NCBI GenBank assembly: GCA_951406725.2
Contig: OX597814.1
Coordinates: 218,612,001-218,676,000 of the forward strand
DNA from: Octopus vulgaris
Lineage: Eukaryota
Direction: 5' to 3'
DNA length: 64,000 nucleotides
Of the stretch, positions 1-12,100 are shown one piece after another. A program made the position numbers and the translations under genes. Position 1 is the stretch's first letter. Every line of letters starts with the position of its first letter. The notes beneath the pieces are model-generated. The model did not search any database and was not told the DNA's origin. It was given only the letters and a program-made list of their open reading frames with translations.

Positions 1-477
1 GTGTCCCAAGAAGGGAAGGTATGCATACGTAGGCTGGCTCCATCCCATGTAGAAGGCCACGGGTTATGGACTCACTTGTCCTGCCGGGTCTTCTATATAT
101 ATATATACATATATTCATATTATATGATCAAACGCCACGCATTCTTTTCCTATCTACATCATCATTTAACGCCATACATATATATATATATACACACACA
201 CATATTTATACCTAAATAAAATGTAGTTGTGGTTGCTACAACTATTACTGGCAGTAGGGATGAAAATAAATAGCACCACTGCAACCATCACAATCAACAG
301 CAACAGTCTGACAGAACCATTCTGACATGCATCATTCTTTTTTAAAGCAACTAAGTTGTTGAGACATGAACTACAGGTAACAACAAGCTTCTGTATGATT
401 ACCTACACAAGTGACCAGGTGTGTGTATTTCTACTCAACACAAGACTCAAAAACTTGATATTAAAAGAAATACTTAC

Positions 478-554
478 AAAATCATCCCTGAAAAGTACGT
501 AACGAAGGCTACGTCGCTTGACATGGTTCTTCTCAGCAGGTACCACTCCACAGT
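478..554 (-). CDS. TADA2B: TADA2B-like probable exon 6 ((D)CGVVPAEKNHVKRRSLRYVLFRDDF); gene continues beyond the window's left edge
   Basis: Acceptor ttctttcatgtAG and donor GTAAGT. Phase-1 start matches the exon 5 end (G|AC = Asp). LRYVLFRDDF resembles the ADA2 LGYMPLRDDF/Y motif but is diverged. Confidence 0.6.
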
Positions 555-1820
555 CTACATGAAAGAATTTGTTGTAAATTAAAATGAATAGTAAGCATCT
601 ATGGATTATTGTCATAATTAAATAAAAAATTAATGAAGTTGGTGGAGAAACATTTTTCTAGGTTAAAGAGAGGAGAATTAGTGACACAATTTACTAATAA
701 AGTTAAGCCAAAAATATAGTGCTTACATCAGTCACTTTACATAATTTCAATATACTATAAAATCACCCACCTGGTTCCTCTTTTTTTATTGAATTGTTCA
801 GTACTTTTTTATGATTCACAGAACAAGTTTCTATAAAAGAAAAAAAAAACTTGTTTAAATCTCACAGAGAAAAGAAAGAAGACATAACATATTAAGAAGA
901 TTTTCACAAGAGTGCAGCTGCAGCACTACGACTAATAGGCTACAAAAATGCAGGGGAGAGGTAAAGTTAATTGAAACATCCCTAATACATGCCTGGTACT
1001 TATTCTTTTGAAGGACAATATTGATCCTAGATAAAAAGGAAATAACGAAATATTGCAGTCTGACACTAAACTGTTTAGTGTAGTGACTGTAGTGACGTCA
1101 TATTCCAGTGTGCGCACACGCAACGTCATTCTTCAGTGTGCGTGTGCAGGGTTGGAACCTTCTGGAAAGGCATAAGGAAGTTCCCTCATGCACATGCGCT
1201 AGAGACTGAAGAATAAATTCTATAGCGTTCCTTAATAGCGTTGGGGACTTGAGACACGGCGATAGAAGAGAAAGGACGTATATTTTAAACGTGTGATCAG
1301 CATATTCTCCTGTCCCAGACGCTTAGGATTTAACCTGTTCTATTAATGCTGAATTGTTGTAAGAATGGATACCAGTATACCATCATGTTTCATTGTTGAA
1401 TAAGAGAATAAAGAATTGTATATATTTCTAAACTTGCATTTCGTTCCTGACTGGTAGTTTCTAGAAACAAAAAGAAAGGAAATTGTGTTGCACCCAAGTT
1501 GCACCCCAAAAGTGTAAAGAAGCAACCAGTTCCCTTTACAAGTATCTCATTAGAATAGCAAGACACAGTAGAGAAGTGCATCAGAAGAATTTAGATGAGA
1601 ATGATACTGTCTGCCAGTTCAGAAGAACAGAACGTCTTGTCAGGTAAACAGAAGAGAGGAGAGGATACAGAAAGAAGATAGACAGGTTGGTAGGTAGGCT
1701 ATGTTGCTGAGCTAAGTCTTGCCTGACACTCAGGTGGCATCTTTAGACAGAATATTTATGTGTATTGTAACAACTGCATTATAAAGAGTTACTATAAGAA
1801 TGAAGAAAAAAAATTGATAA

Positions 1821-2218
1821 AGGCGTAGGAGTGGCTGTGTGGTAAGTAGCTTGCTTACGAACCACATAGTTCCGGGTTCAGTCCCATTGCGTGGCATCTT
1901 GGGCAAGTGTCTTCTGCTATAGACTCAGGCTGACCAAAGTCTTGTGAGTGGATTTGGTAGACGGAAACTGAAAAGAAGCCCGTCGTATATATATATATAT
2001 GTATGTGTGTGTATATGTTTGTGTGTCTGTGTTTTTCCCCCCAACATCGCTTGACAACTGATGCTGGTGTGTTTATGTCCCCGTAACTTAATGGTTCGGC
2101 AAAAGAGACCGATACAATAAGTACTAGGCTTCCAAAGAATAAGTCCTGGGTTCGATGTGCTCAACTAAAGGTGGTGCTCCAGCATGGCCACAGTCACATG
2201 ACTGAAACAAGTAAAAGA
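1821..2218 (+). mobile_element. SINE family B (tRNA-like head, internal microsatellite, tail tgactgaaacaagtaaaaga)
   Basis: A/B-box-like head (gtggctgtgtggtaag ... gggttcagtccc). Homologous copies at 36328, 48916 and 32483 in this window. Confidence 0.85.
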
Positions 2219-2359
2219 TTAAAGGAAAAGAGCAAATCTTTAGAATTAGAAACAAAGCAGACTGATATGGTAATCAACCGAAAAAGAGATTTCATTACAA
2301 AATACAAAATCTTTTCTAATTTCTAATTTCTTCGGTACATTAGCTATTTTCCACACATT

Positions 2360-2690
2360 ATCATCATCATCATTTAGCGTCCGCTTTCCATGCTAGCATG
2401 GGTTGGACGGTTCAACTGGGGTCTGGGAAGCCAGGAGGCTGCACCAGGCCCAGTTTGATCTGACAATGTTTCTACGGCTGGATGCCCTTCCTAATGCCAA
2501 CCACTCCGTGAGTGTAGCGGGTGCTTTTTATGTGCCAGGTGAGTCTGGCAAATGGCCACGGTGCATTTTATGTGCCACCGGCACGAGGCCAGTCGGGGCG
2601 GCGCTGGCAATGGACACGTTTGGATGGTTCTCTTACATGCCACTGGCACTGGTAACTCAGCTGCAATTTCCATTGATCGATTTCGATTCT
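2360..2690 (-). mobile_element. SINE/LINE 3' fragment, family D, with (GAT)n tail (RTE-like 3' end)
   Basis: Minus strand ends ggacgctaaatgatgatgatg. Close homologue at 7440-7808. Confidence 0.7.
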
Positions 2691-3210
2691 GATTCTAAGT
2701 ATTTAATTCTAATGCAGTATTTAATTAAATTTCCATTTAGTTGTGTGTCCAAAGATATAATTAACAACAATTTTTACTGGGGATCTGACTCCAATCCTTA
2801 ATCTTTGTAAGCCCTAAATGATAGAATCTATTTTGTACTATACAACCTAAACAATAACAACAACAACAGAAGGCTCTTAAATGTAAAATATATTTACCAG
2901 ATTCATTATTGTTATTTGCTGTGTTGTTGAACTTATGATTTGATACTGATTCTGGAAAAAATAAACAAACATTTCATTACTAGAATTCTTTTTCAATATA
3001 CACAATATCACCATGGTGACACACACATGAGACAGAAAAAAACAAAAATAAGCTTAGCTTCTAAATAAAAAAAAGGAAAAACTAACTGAAAGAGTGAAGA
3101 TATAAATCATGTTAGTCAATTTAAATTTCCACTGCAGTAAGAACTAATTTCCAAAATATACTCAATTCTCAATAATGACATATAATAAACTTAATTAATT
3201 GTGATATACT

Positions 3211-3602
3211 GGTGAATGGAAGCACTCCGTTGGTTACGACGACGAGGGTTCCGGTTGATCCGAATCAACGGAACAGCCTGCTCGTGAAATTAACGTGTAA
3301 GTGGCTGAGCACTCCACAGAAACGTGTACCCTTAACGTAGTTCTCGGGGATATTCAGCGTGACACAGAGAGTGACAAGGCCGGCCCTTTGAAATACAGGT
3401 ACAACAGAAACAGGAAGTAAGAGTGAGAGAAAGTTGTGGTGAAAGAGTACAGCAGGGATCACCACCATCCCCTGCCGGAGCCTCGTGGAGCTTTTAGGTG
3501 TTTTCGCTCAATAAACACTCACAACGCCTGGTCTGGGAATCGAAACCGCGATCCTATGACCACGAGTCCGCTGCCCTAACCACTGGGCCATTGCGCCTCC
3601 AC
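3211..3602 (-). mobile_element. SINE family A, full length, tRNA-derived
   Basis: A box TGGCCCAGTGG and B box GTTTCGATTCC; 11-bp TSD tgtgatatact; near-identical copies elsewhere in the window. Confidence 0.92.
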
Positions 3603-4248
3603 TGTGATATACTAAGATACAACACAAATGATACAAACCTTCAGTTGAAGGAAGGTCGAGGCCAAAATCACTGCAACAGGGAATTGATACAGCTGTGAAA
3701 AAAATTAGTAAAAAAATACAGTTAACAAAATTTAACAGCAGAAATTTTTGACAGTTAAAATTTAAGATCTACTACTGCTAATACCACCTCTATCCCCTAC
3801 TGCTAGTTTAATATTCATTTTAATACAGGTATAGACAAAGTCTTATTTAAAAAAAGCCCCCCCGCCCTTTATGAATTTACCTTACATTCTATTAGACTTG
3901 ATCAGAAACTAATTTTTCCTGTAGACCACCACCAACTAGAACACATCACATTTTTTCTCCACTGAAATGTCTCTTTTGCACACGTACAACAATCAACATT
4001 CTAAAATACTGAAAATAGCTTCCTGCCTCACATTGTAAAGATAAGTTCAATCCTCAAATAAAACTGAAAATTTACCAAAAGAGAAGAAGGTGTATTTATT
4101 ATGCATTCAATTGCTATCAATTCCAATTTAATAAATTTAATCAATTTACAATCATACTGTCACACATACACACAAATCTATTTCAAGATTTAGCTCAGTT
4201 TATTTTGGAGTAACACAGCAGCTGAAGTTAAACGTCAGGTAGCTTAGT

Positions 4249-4640
4249 GGATGGATGGAAGCACTCCGTCGGTCACGACGACGAGGGTTCCGGTTGATCC
4301 GAATCAACGGAACAGCCTGCTCGTGAAATTAACGTGTAAGTGGCTGAGCACTCCACAGACACGTGTACCCTTAACGTAGTTCTCGGGGATATTCAGTGTG
4401 ACACAGAGAGTGACAAGGCCGGCCCTTTGAAATACAGGTACAACAGAAACAGGAAGTAAGAGTGAGAGAAAGTTGTGGTGAAAGAGTACAGCAGGGATCA
4501 CCACCATCCCCTGCCGGAGCCTCGTGGAGCTTTAGGTGTTTTCGCTCAATAAACACTCACAACGCCCGGTCTGGGAATCGAAACCGCGATCCTATGACCG
4601 CGAGTCCGCTGCCCTAACCACTGGGCCATTGCGCCTCCAC
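4249..4640 (-). mobile_element. SINE family A, full length
   Basis: Same consensus; (TCCA)n tail; TSD aggtagcttagt. Confidence 0.92.
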
Positions 4641-5652
4641 AGGTAGCTTAGTAACACTGATAACTCATACATTCATTGAAATATTGTTGGCAGGGAAATA
4701 GAATATGTAACACAAAAAGTAGCCTAAATGAAAGTTGCTACCGATAATACAGTTCAAATGACAATAAATATAACAGAATGGGAGTTGTCTAATTTAAAAC
4801 ATGCACATGCTAAATAAAACCTCCTTCTTGTTTTGTAGTATCAAAATAATTACTTGCACTGCCATAGAAATTTAATTATTCTTTTGACCAAATTATCAAA
4901 AAACTGTTTCCATTTATTATCCAGTCCCAATGGCAGTTTTTTGTTGATGGAACAATTGTTTCTACAGACAAATGTTTTTCTGACAGTAAACAACTTGACT
5001 ATAAATCAGGAATGTAATCCAATTATCTAGTATGCGAAGCAGAGCATGCATGGATTATCTCCCCGTACAAGGGTACAACCATAGCGGCTGAAGTGGTCAT
5101 GAGATAGATCCCTCTCCTTCAATCATTATTAGCTTAGTGTCCTCTCTGTTTATCAAAATCATATGTATGAAACACTTAATGGCATATTCTTGCTATGGTC
5201 TGAAGGAAATATATTTTTAAAATTTGAAGAAAATTTGGTTTTATGGCAAATTGAATTTTGAGATGGAAAGCCACGTGGTACGAGTGATAAACAGTTCAAC
5301 AGAAAACTATGAATAAGCTGGTTTTTACTGTACCCAGGAAACAATAGCTGCAGTTATTTGTTTTAAAACTACAATAGTTGAACAAACTAGAATAATAGAA
5401 TAATAGGAGTAAGTAGGAGCTGAGTGACCCGGGGGGTGGGGGGTCTAGAATAAAATAATGTGAAAGGGACCATCATGCTGCTAGGTTAGTCACACAACAA
5501 TGATGACAATGAGGCAATGGAACATGAAATAGAGAGGAGATAAACTTGCTATTATAATAGATTTTAGGATTATACAGCAGTGTTTGCAATGATATTACTC
5601 ATACCCATATAGAGACAACATTATGTTAAAGAAATTATTTACTCAAAATTAC

Positions 5653-5703
5653 CTTTCCCAATGCTACCAAATAGATAAAATGAAGCATAATGTTCTTGAC
5701 ACT
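5653..5703 (-). CDS. TADA2B: TADA2B exon 5 (ECQEHYASFYLFGSIGK), SANT helix 3
   Basis: Acceptor ttttcAG and donor GTAATT; phase 1-1; aligns with recalled human EVMEHYVSMYIHGNLGK. Confidence 0.9.
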
Positions 5704-6387
5704 CTGAAAATAATTAAATAAAAAAAATATATATATAGTTTACTGAAAATATATATGAACTGTAAAACATTACAAGCTAGTACAAACTATTAACTTCTTT
5801 AACAGATTGGAAGTAATGAAATGATTTAAATATGTTGTATTCAAAGATTTAAGATTTAGTAACACATATTCAATAGCAATAGAAGAATTAAGTGTGTATT
5901 AGTATAAGAGGAAAAAAAAAAAACAAACTAAAAACAAGGAATCAACAAATGGAAAGATATGGCTAATGGTACATACAACAATCAATATGGTTATCTTCTA
6001 AAACTTGATAGGTTTTAACTTACTTAACACAGCACTCAGAAAATTTCACCAATATTCTATGTTAATATCAAAATAAAACTAAGGCAATGGAATAAAACTA
6101 AGTTGGTAAAGGTGATCTAGCCTTTTGTAAAAGGTTTAGTTTGATGTCTCATGTTTTGGGGTAGAATGATGTCAATGGGATTAATTAGAATAAACAACTC
6201 TAGTAATATTCTGGAGTCCATTTCAATACACAATTTCATTTCCTAACATACAAAAAGAAAAAGGAGCTTTGTGCTCATAATTTTGATATTAAAAATATTA
6301 ATGTAATTACAATATTTTCCTAATTAATTTCACAGTACAAATAAAAAAATGAAAGAAACGAGATGAAGTGGAGCCATGTTATTGTCT

Positions 6388-6762
6388 GGATGGAAGCACT
6401 CCGTCGGTTCCAGTTGATCTGATCAACGGAACAGCCTGCTCATGAAATTAACGTGTAAGTGGCTGAGCACTCCACAGACACGTGCACCCTTAACGTAGTT
6501 CTCGGGGGATATTCAGCGTGACACAGAGAGTGACAAGGCTGGCCCTTTGAAATACAGGTACAACAGAAACAGGAAATAAGAGTGAGAGAAAGTTGTGGTG
6601 AAAGAGTACAGCAGGGATCACCACCATCCCCTGCCGGAGCCTCGTGGAGCTTTTTAGGTGTTTTCGCTCAATAAACACTCACAACGCCCGGTCTGGGAAT
6701 CGAAACCGCGATCCTACGACAGTGAGTCCGCTGCCCTAACCACTGGGCCATTGCGCCTGCAC
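6388..6762 (-). mobile_element. SINE family A, full length with small deletion
   Basis: Same consensus; TSD tgttattgtct. Confidence 0.9.
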
Positions 6763-7439
6763 TGTTATTGTCTAGAGACTAAAAGAAAACCATGTGCCAG
6801 TATTGTGCTCTACAAGACATAAACTATTTGCTCCAGGATAAAGAAATCAGAAAAAAAATACATGACTTGATATTTTAAAATCCTATCTAGACAACTTTCT
6901 AGTTTAATAGTTTAATTTTTTGCTGTATCTCCTCTTTAATGCAAGTCATTACTCTGTTAAGATGTTGAGTTACCAGCTGAAGTGTCATATCTATTACCAG
7001 TGCTATCCCTCGTCCATCTTGCTGTAAACGAGATCCCAAGACAGCATAGTGCACTAGGAAGCAGGAGCATGGATCTATTGAAAAATGTTCTTCAAGTTGG
7101 TAGTCCTGGGATCATATATTATTAATGGATTAGCATCTTACCTGGAGCAAAGGTATCTCTTAATATTTTAACAAATAAAATAACTGTCGCAGTTCCAAGT
7201 ATAAAACTCTTAGGAAATATTTTCATAGATTTCTGTAAACTGCTTTTTGAAAATATCAGTCACATACTTACAAAACAGCAAACCTGTTGCAATATGCCCT
7301 GAGAGATATTTTGTGCAATAAATCACCATATATTGACAAATTGTATAATATACTGCAAAAACAAGACTAGAGTACATCACAAATAAATCCTTCTTTTTCT
7401 TTGTTCTATGGACATACACATTCAGTTGATGTTGGAGAT

Positions 7440-7808
7440 ATCATCATCATCATCGTTTAACGTCCGTTCTCCATGCTAGCATGGGTTGGACGGTTCGACC
7501 GGGGATCTGGGAAGCCAGAAGGCTGCACCAGGCTCCAGTCTTATCTGGCAATGTTTCTACAGCTGGATGCCCTTCCTAACGCCAACCACTCCGTGAGTGT
7601 AGTGGGTGCTTTTTACGTGCCACCTGCACTGGTGCCAGGCGAGGCTGGCATCGGCCACGGTCGGATTAGTGCATTTTACGTGCCACCTGCACGGAAGCCA
7701 GTCGAGGCAGCACTGGCTTCGGCCACGATTCGGATGGCGCTTTTTACGTGCCACCGACACGGAAGCCAGTCGAGGCGGCGCTGGCATCGGCCACGATTCG
7801 GATATGTT
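7440..7808 (-). mobile_element. SINE/LINE 3' fragment, family D, with three internal ~65-bp repeats
   Basis: (GAT)n tail; repeated tttacgtgccacc...ggcatcggccacg units; homologous to 2360-2690. Confidence 0.7.
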
Positions 7809-8124
7809 ACTGATAAATTCCAAAATTGAAGAAAGCAGTTGTTATTCTGTGACATCGATCCATTCACAATGAGATTCAAAAGTACTGTTCATTATTACTA
7901 TCTTCACAGTACTATAAGTGCCGACTTTCTCACTTTCATCTACTGCAGGACACTATGAATGTTAAAACTCGTGGGTAGCTGTCATAAGTTTGAGGAGACA
8001 CAGCTAAAATATGGCTTAAGCACATCTGCCTAGAGTCTACTTAAAAGTAACTTTTAACCATTTATAACATGCAAATCAAAGAAATACATATGAATTGAAA
8101 GTTTAAATGAAAGAATCTGCTTAC

Positions 8125-8165
8125 CTGAGGCATTCCTAGTTTCAACATGGTTAGCAACATCATGC
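8125..8165 (-). CDS. TADA2B: TADA2B exon 4 ((W)HDVANHVETRNAS), SANT domain
   Basis: Acceptor ttgcAG and donor GTAAGC; completes the split TG|G Trp codon; matches WEDMAAHV-type motif. Confidence 0.92.
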
Positions 8166-8510
8166 CTGCAATAACAGAAAGGAAAATATATATTATTCCA
8201 CAATCATAAAATTCAGTATTTCTTCATCACTCGCAGTTTCAATACTTGCACAACCTCATGCTAAAGTTCTAAGGGTGCCTGCTATTATATCGATGCATTT
8301 AGATTTTCTTCTTAAATCAGCTCAACTAGTTTTAATCATTATTCAATCAATGTTCTATTGGATGTCTAGGTGAAACTTCCTTATATAATCAGCATTTTAG
8401 CTCAGGGCTGTATTTTTAAATTCTGAATACCCATAACATTTGGATGTCTACTATGATCTCCTACTTTGATACCTTTATGAAATACAGGTAGTGGTTGTAA
8501 TTAAATTTAA

Positions 8511-8730
8511 CCCTTTAGCATTTAGATTAATCTGTCAAATGTAAAGCCTGTTTAATTACATTGTTTTAAATTAATTGTACGGTATCTTGTAATTCTGAGA
8601 TTTTGACGATGTCCCTGTTTATTTTTAGAATGACTTTGTAGGGTAGGTGTGAGAGGTCAGAGCTGGCTGGTTTGAGAATAAAACAGGGAGACAATTTTGG
8701 CCTGGTATGGCCAGTTTAAACACTAAAGGG
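8511..8730. mobile_element. piggyBac-type MITE
   Basis: TTAA on both sides (8507-8510, 8731-8734); TIRs ccctttag...ctaaaggg. Confidence 0.8.
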
Positions 8731-9005
8731 TTAAAATCCATTTCTTTCTTCACAGTCCTTAACCTCTCTATCAAAAGGGAGGCAGTACAGACCCACTTGG
8801 ATACTTACATCCCCTAACTTTTATACCCTCATGCAATAAAGGCAGTGGCTGTAATTAAATTCAAAATCAATGTATTGCTTACCACTCCGTAATTATGATC
8901 ATCTTCACGGTGAGGGATGGTATGGATAGTCCTGGAAACCATTGGTTTAGGGAATACCATCCGAGGATTCAGAATTAGATATAAGAAATAGAAACTGTCA
9001 CTCAC

Positions 9006-9103
9006 CAATTACCAAATCCATATTGTTCCACAGCATCCAGCAACATAGTTTCTTCAACTAAAGTCCATGGCTTTTGGATGTTGAAAGGCCCAATCATATC
9101 ACT
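9006..9103 (-). CDS. TADA2B: TADA2B exon 3 (SDMIGPFNIQKPWTLVEETMLLDAVEQYGFGNW), SANT domain start
   Basis: Acceptor cttttgcAG and donor GTGAGT; WTxxEExxLLDAxEQYGFGNW is the ADA2 SANT signature. Confidence 0.95.
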
Positions 9104-12100
9104 CTGCAAAAGAAGAAAACTTTTTGTTTTTATCACTGATTAACATTGATAACATTTTTGACCAGATGTTTAAATTCTGTTTAGTGCTATTAAGCAAGGC
9201 ATAGCTTTGCTCGTCCCAGTTTGCTTGCATAACAAAAAGCAGTTTCCTCTCCTTTACAGCAGACAGACAAGTGATAAATGACATCGAGTTATATAAACAA
9301 TCGTTCCGAAAAAAAGTAATTTTGTTTTTTAAAAACGTCTTTGAATTCAAACTTTCAGCTAAATCATACGTTTACCAAAATTTCTTTTTTCTTATAAATA
9401 TCCAACAGTTTTGAAGAGGGAAACAAAATTTTCTATCACTCTATCATAACTACTCCATTACTTCCATCAAGATTAACAGCCCAGTTACTGAACAGTTCCA
9501 TTCAGCTTATTAATTGTTAACTGGCCAAATTTTAGTTTTAATTAGAATTGATGAATGTTTTCAGCAAATATCTCCATCAATGACTCTAACAGTTTTTGTT
9601 CAATGCAGTCCTTGGTAGGATGGATATCCTGCTTACTTTTTACAACAGAATACCTTTCTAAGTGACAACCAATTTGAAAATATGAATTATCAAGAGCAAA
9701 GGATGCATTGTAACAAAACAAATACTTCTCCTCTGTACAGTACTCTCAATTTTATTTTACAATAGTCATTTTTTATTAAAAGCGACCCTCTCAAGGCTAG
9801 TAGAGATACACATTGATTCTTTATGAGAAACAGGCGCACAGAAATAAAAGGTATATTGGGTAGATGTGTGGGGAAAGGCAAACCAGCTATGAGCAATGTA
9901 TCATTTTTTGAAGAGGGCAGTGTGGATTGTAGACTAATTATATCATCATCATTATTTTCTTTGAAGATGGTGGTGTGTAATTTGTAGACTTGGATAATAT
10001 ATATACCAGGTACATAAATACTGCATTTAAACATGTTGACAAAAGAGAGACAAAATACAATTGTCATGGGAGAGACATTACAACCTTTCTTGCTGTTGCC
10101 CAACCTAATCATTGAGGGTACATATTTGAAATAGAGAGGGAAGAGAAGTTGTGTGGATGTGGGTGGAGTGAGAAAGAAATAAAGGTATTGTGGTTGTTGA
10201 CCATCCAGACATTTTGTATTGATGCTGCCCTAATGAGTCCTTTTGAAGGAGGCAGTGAGGGATGAATTCAAAGGAAATTTGATTGCTAGAGGCTCCCTAT
10301 TATTTTGTTTCCATTTTAAAGTCTTATTATATGAAAAGTGGTTTTGATGGTAAGAAAGCGGAATAGCATTTCTCAGGGGTTGAGAAGCAGTGGATACTGT
10401 GAGAAAGTTGGCACTGTATGAAGACCTGTTTCGTGCACAAATTTCTTTTGACTAAAAATATTTTAAACAAGTACAACATTTACCTAAAAGTATATATAAA
10501 ATATACTGATTCCTTAACATTAAATCTAATACAATGTCGACCTTGGACTTTCAAAACTGTAAGCATACTTAAAACAACAGCCAAATTCTTCCCAAACTAT
10601 ACTTCTATCGTTTTAAATCAAACAGGATCCTTGCATAGTCCAGCATGGACAACACTATACTTTTAAACAAAAAACGGGATGAGTACAGGTTTGGTCAATC
10701 ATGGTTGACTTAGGACGAAACAAAACAATGAATAGGAAACTAATTTAGTGTAAACCAGTTTCTTGACACTATTCTATTATCGTCCTAATATTTACTATTC
10801 CATGCTTGATAAAAAGAAGAGAGTTTATTGAGGCATATATAGTTTTAATTAGATACTAATAATGGTTTAATGTAAGTGGTGGTAATGAACTGACTAAATC
10901 TAATTTATCATGCATAATAAAAATCGTTTATTCTTGCTTTTTTTGTTGAAGAAAAGAAGAACTGAACAGTATTTCTTTGAAACAAAACAGATTCTCTAAC
11001 TAGACACAGAGGCCTAACTTAATATTAATTTCATTAAATCAAACATAAACTTTTGGAGAAGCGAGTCTACAAAAGCTAGGTTTTGATTCCTAGTTGTAAC
11101 CATATCCGAAGTCACTAATACAATCAAAATCATGCATACTGTCACATAATCCGAGTGAGGTCAAGTGCCTACTTGTGTGTAAAGGAAGAGAATACGATTA
11201 TGCATCAGGATACAAATGATTCCATGACATGATCATTTGAAAAACTAATATTCCTCAGTGGTTTTAAAACGAATAACAGCTGAAAAGTGAAAAGAACAAG
11301 CAAGCTATGAACGGTTTCCTTGTCTACTCTATTATTCCCTAGTCTGCATTTAACCAAACCTATCAATTAGTTGAATTACCATTCTCTTAAGATAGACTTC
11401 GACAATCTAAGAGGTAGTGATCACTAATGGTTGGAAACAGTATTCAGATTATAACAGAGAGAAAGAGAGGAGAGAATCCTGCGTTTGATCCGAAAAGGGC
11501 GAGTGTCGCCAACTCATCTTCATTGGAATGTATACAAAATATGCATTATCTATAATTGCGTTTCCACCATATATATGCGACGAAAAGGCTGGTGTGGTTG
11601 ATATTGATTAGCTTAGGTGCATAAAAGCTCTCCGTTTACAGTATTGAATTTTTGCAAAGAGCAATAATGCCGCGTGCGCTCACGTGCAAAGGCTATAAAT
11701 ACGATAACGGCAGAAAAGCAGCCATAAGCAGACTTCTTAGTAATAATAATAATATCAACCGTCCACAGAAAAACCATATTCAAACTGGAACAATGTCGCA
11801 GTTCACCATTATTTGGTGTAACACACACACTCAACGCTCGTCGCTGTGAATCTATTCTTCACACATCATACACGCGCACGTTATACATATACATATATAT
11901 ATATACATATACATATATATATATATATAGCTCTCAACAAGCAGAGAGTTCGCGGTATAAGAAATATAGCTCCACAATTTTAAACATATATATATATATA
12001 TAACGTGCGCGTGTATTATGTGTGAAGAATAGATTATAGAAGAATATATATATATATATATATATAGCTCCACAATTTTATATATATATATATAGCACAC

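Noticed and set aside
1-94. GC-richer fragment at the window start
   Set aside because: Probably a repeat end, but truncated and with no second copy in the window to confirm.
3265-3468. Recurrent 67-aa ORF MVVIPAVLFHHNF.. seen about seven times
   Set aside because: It is the body of SINE family A; recurrence reflects copy identity, not coding selection.
9180-10400. Possible decayed retroelement in TADA2B intron 2 (also 22860-23820)
   Set aside because: Only faint motif resemblance; cannot be supported without a profile search.
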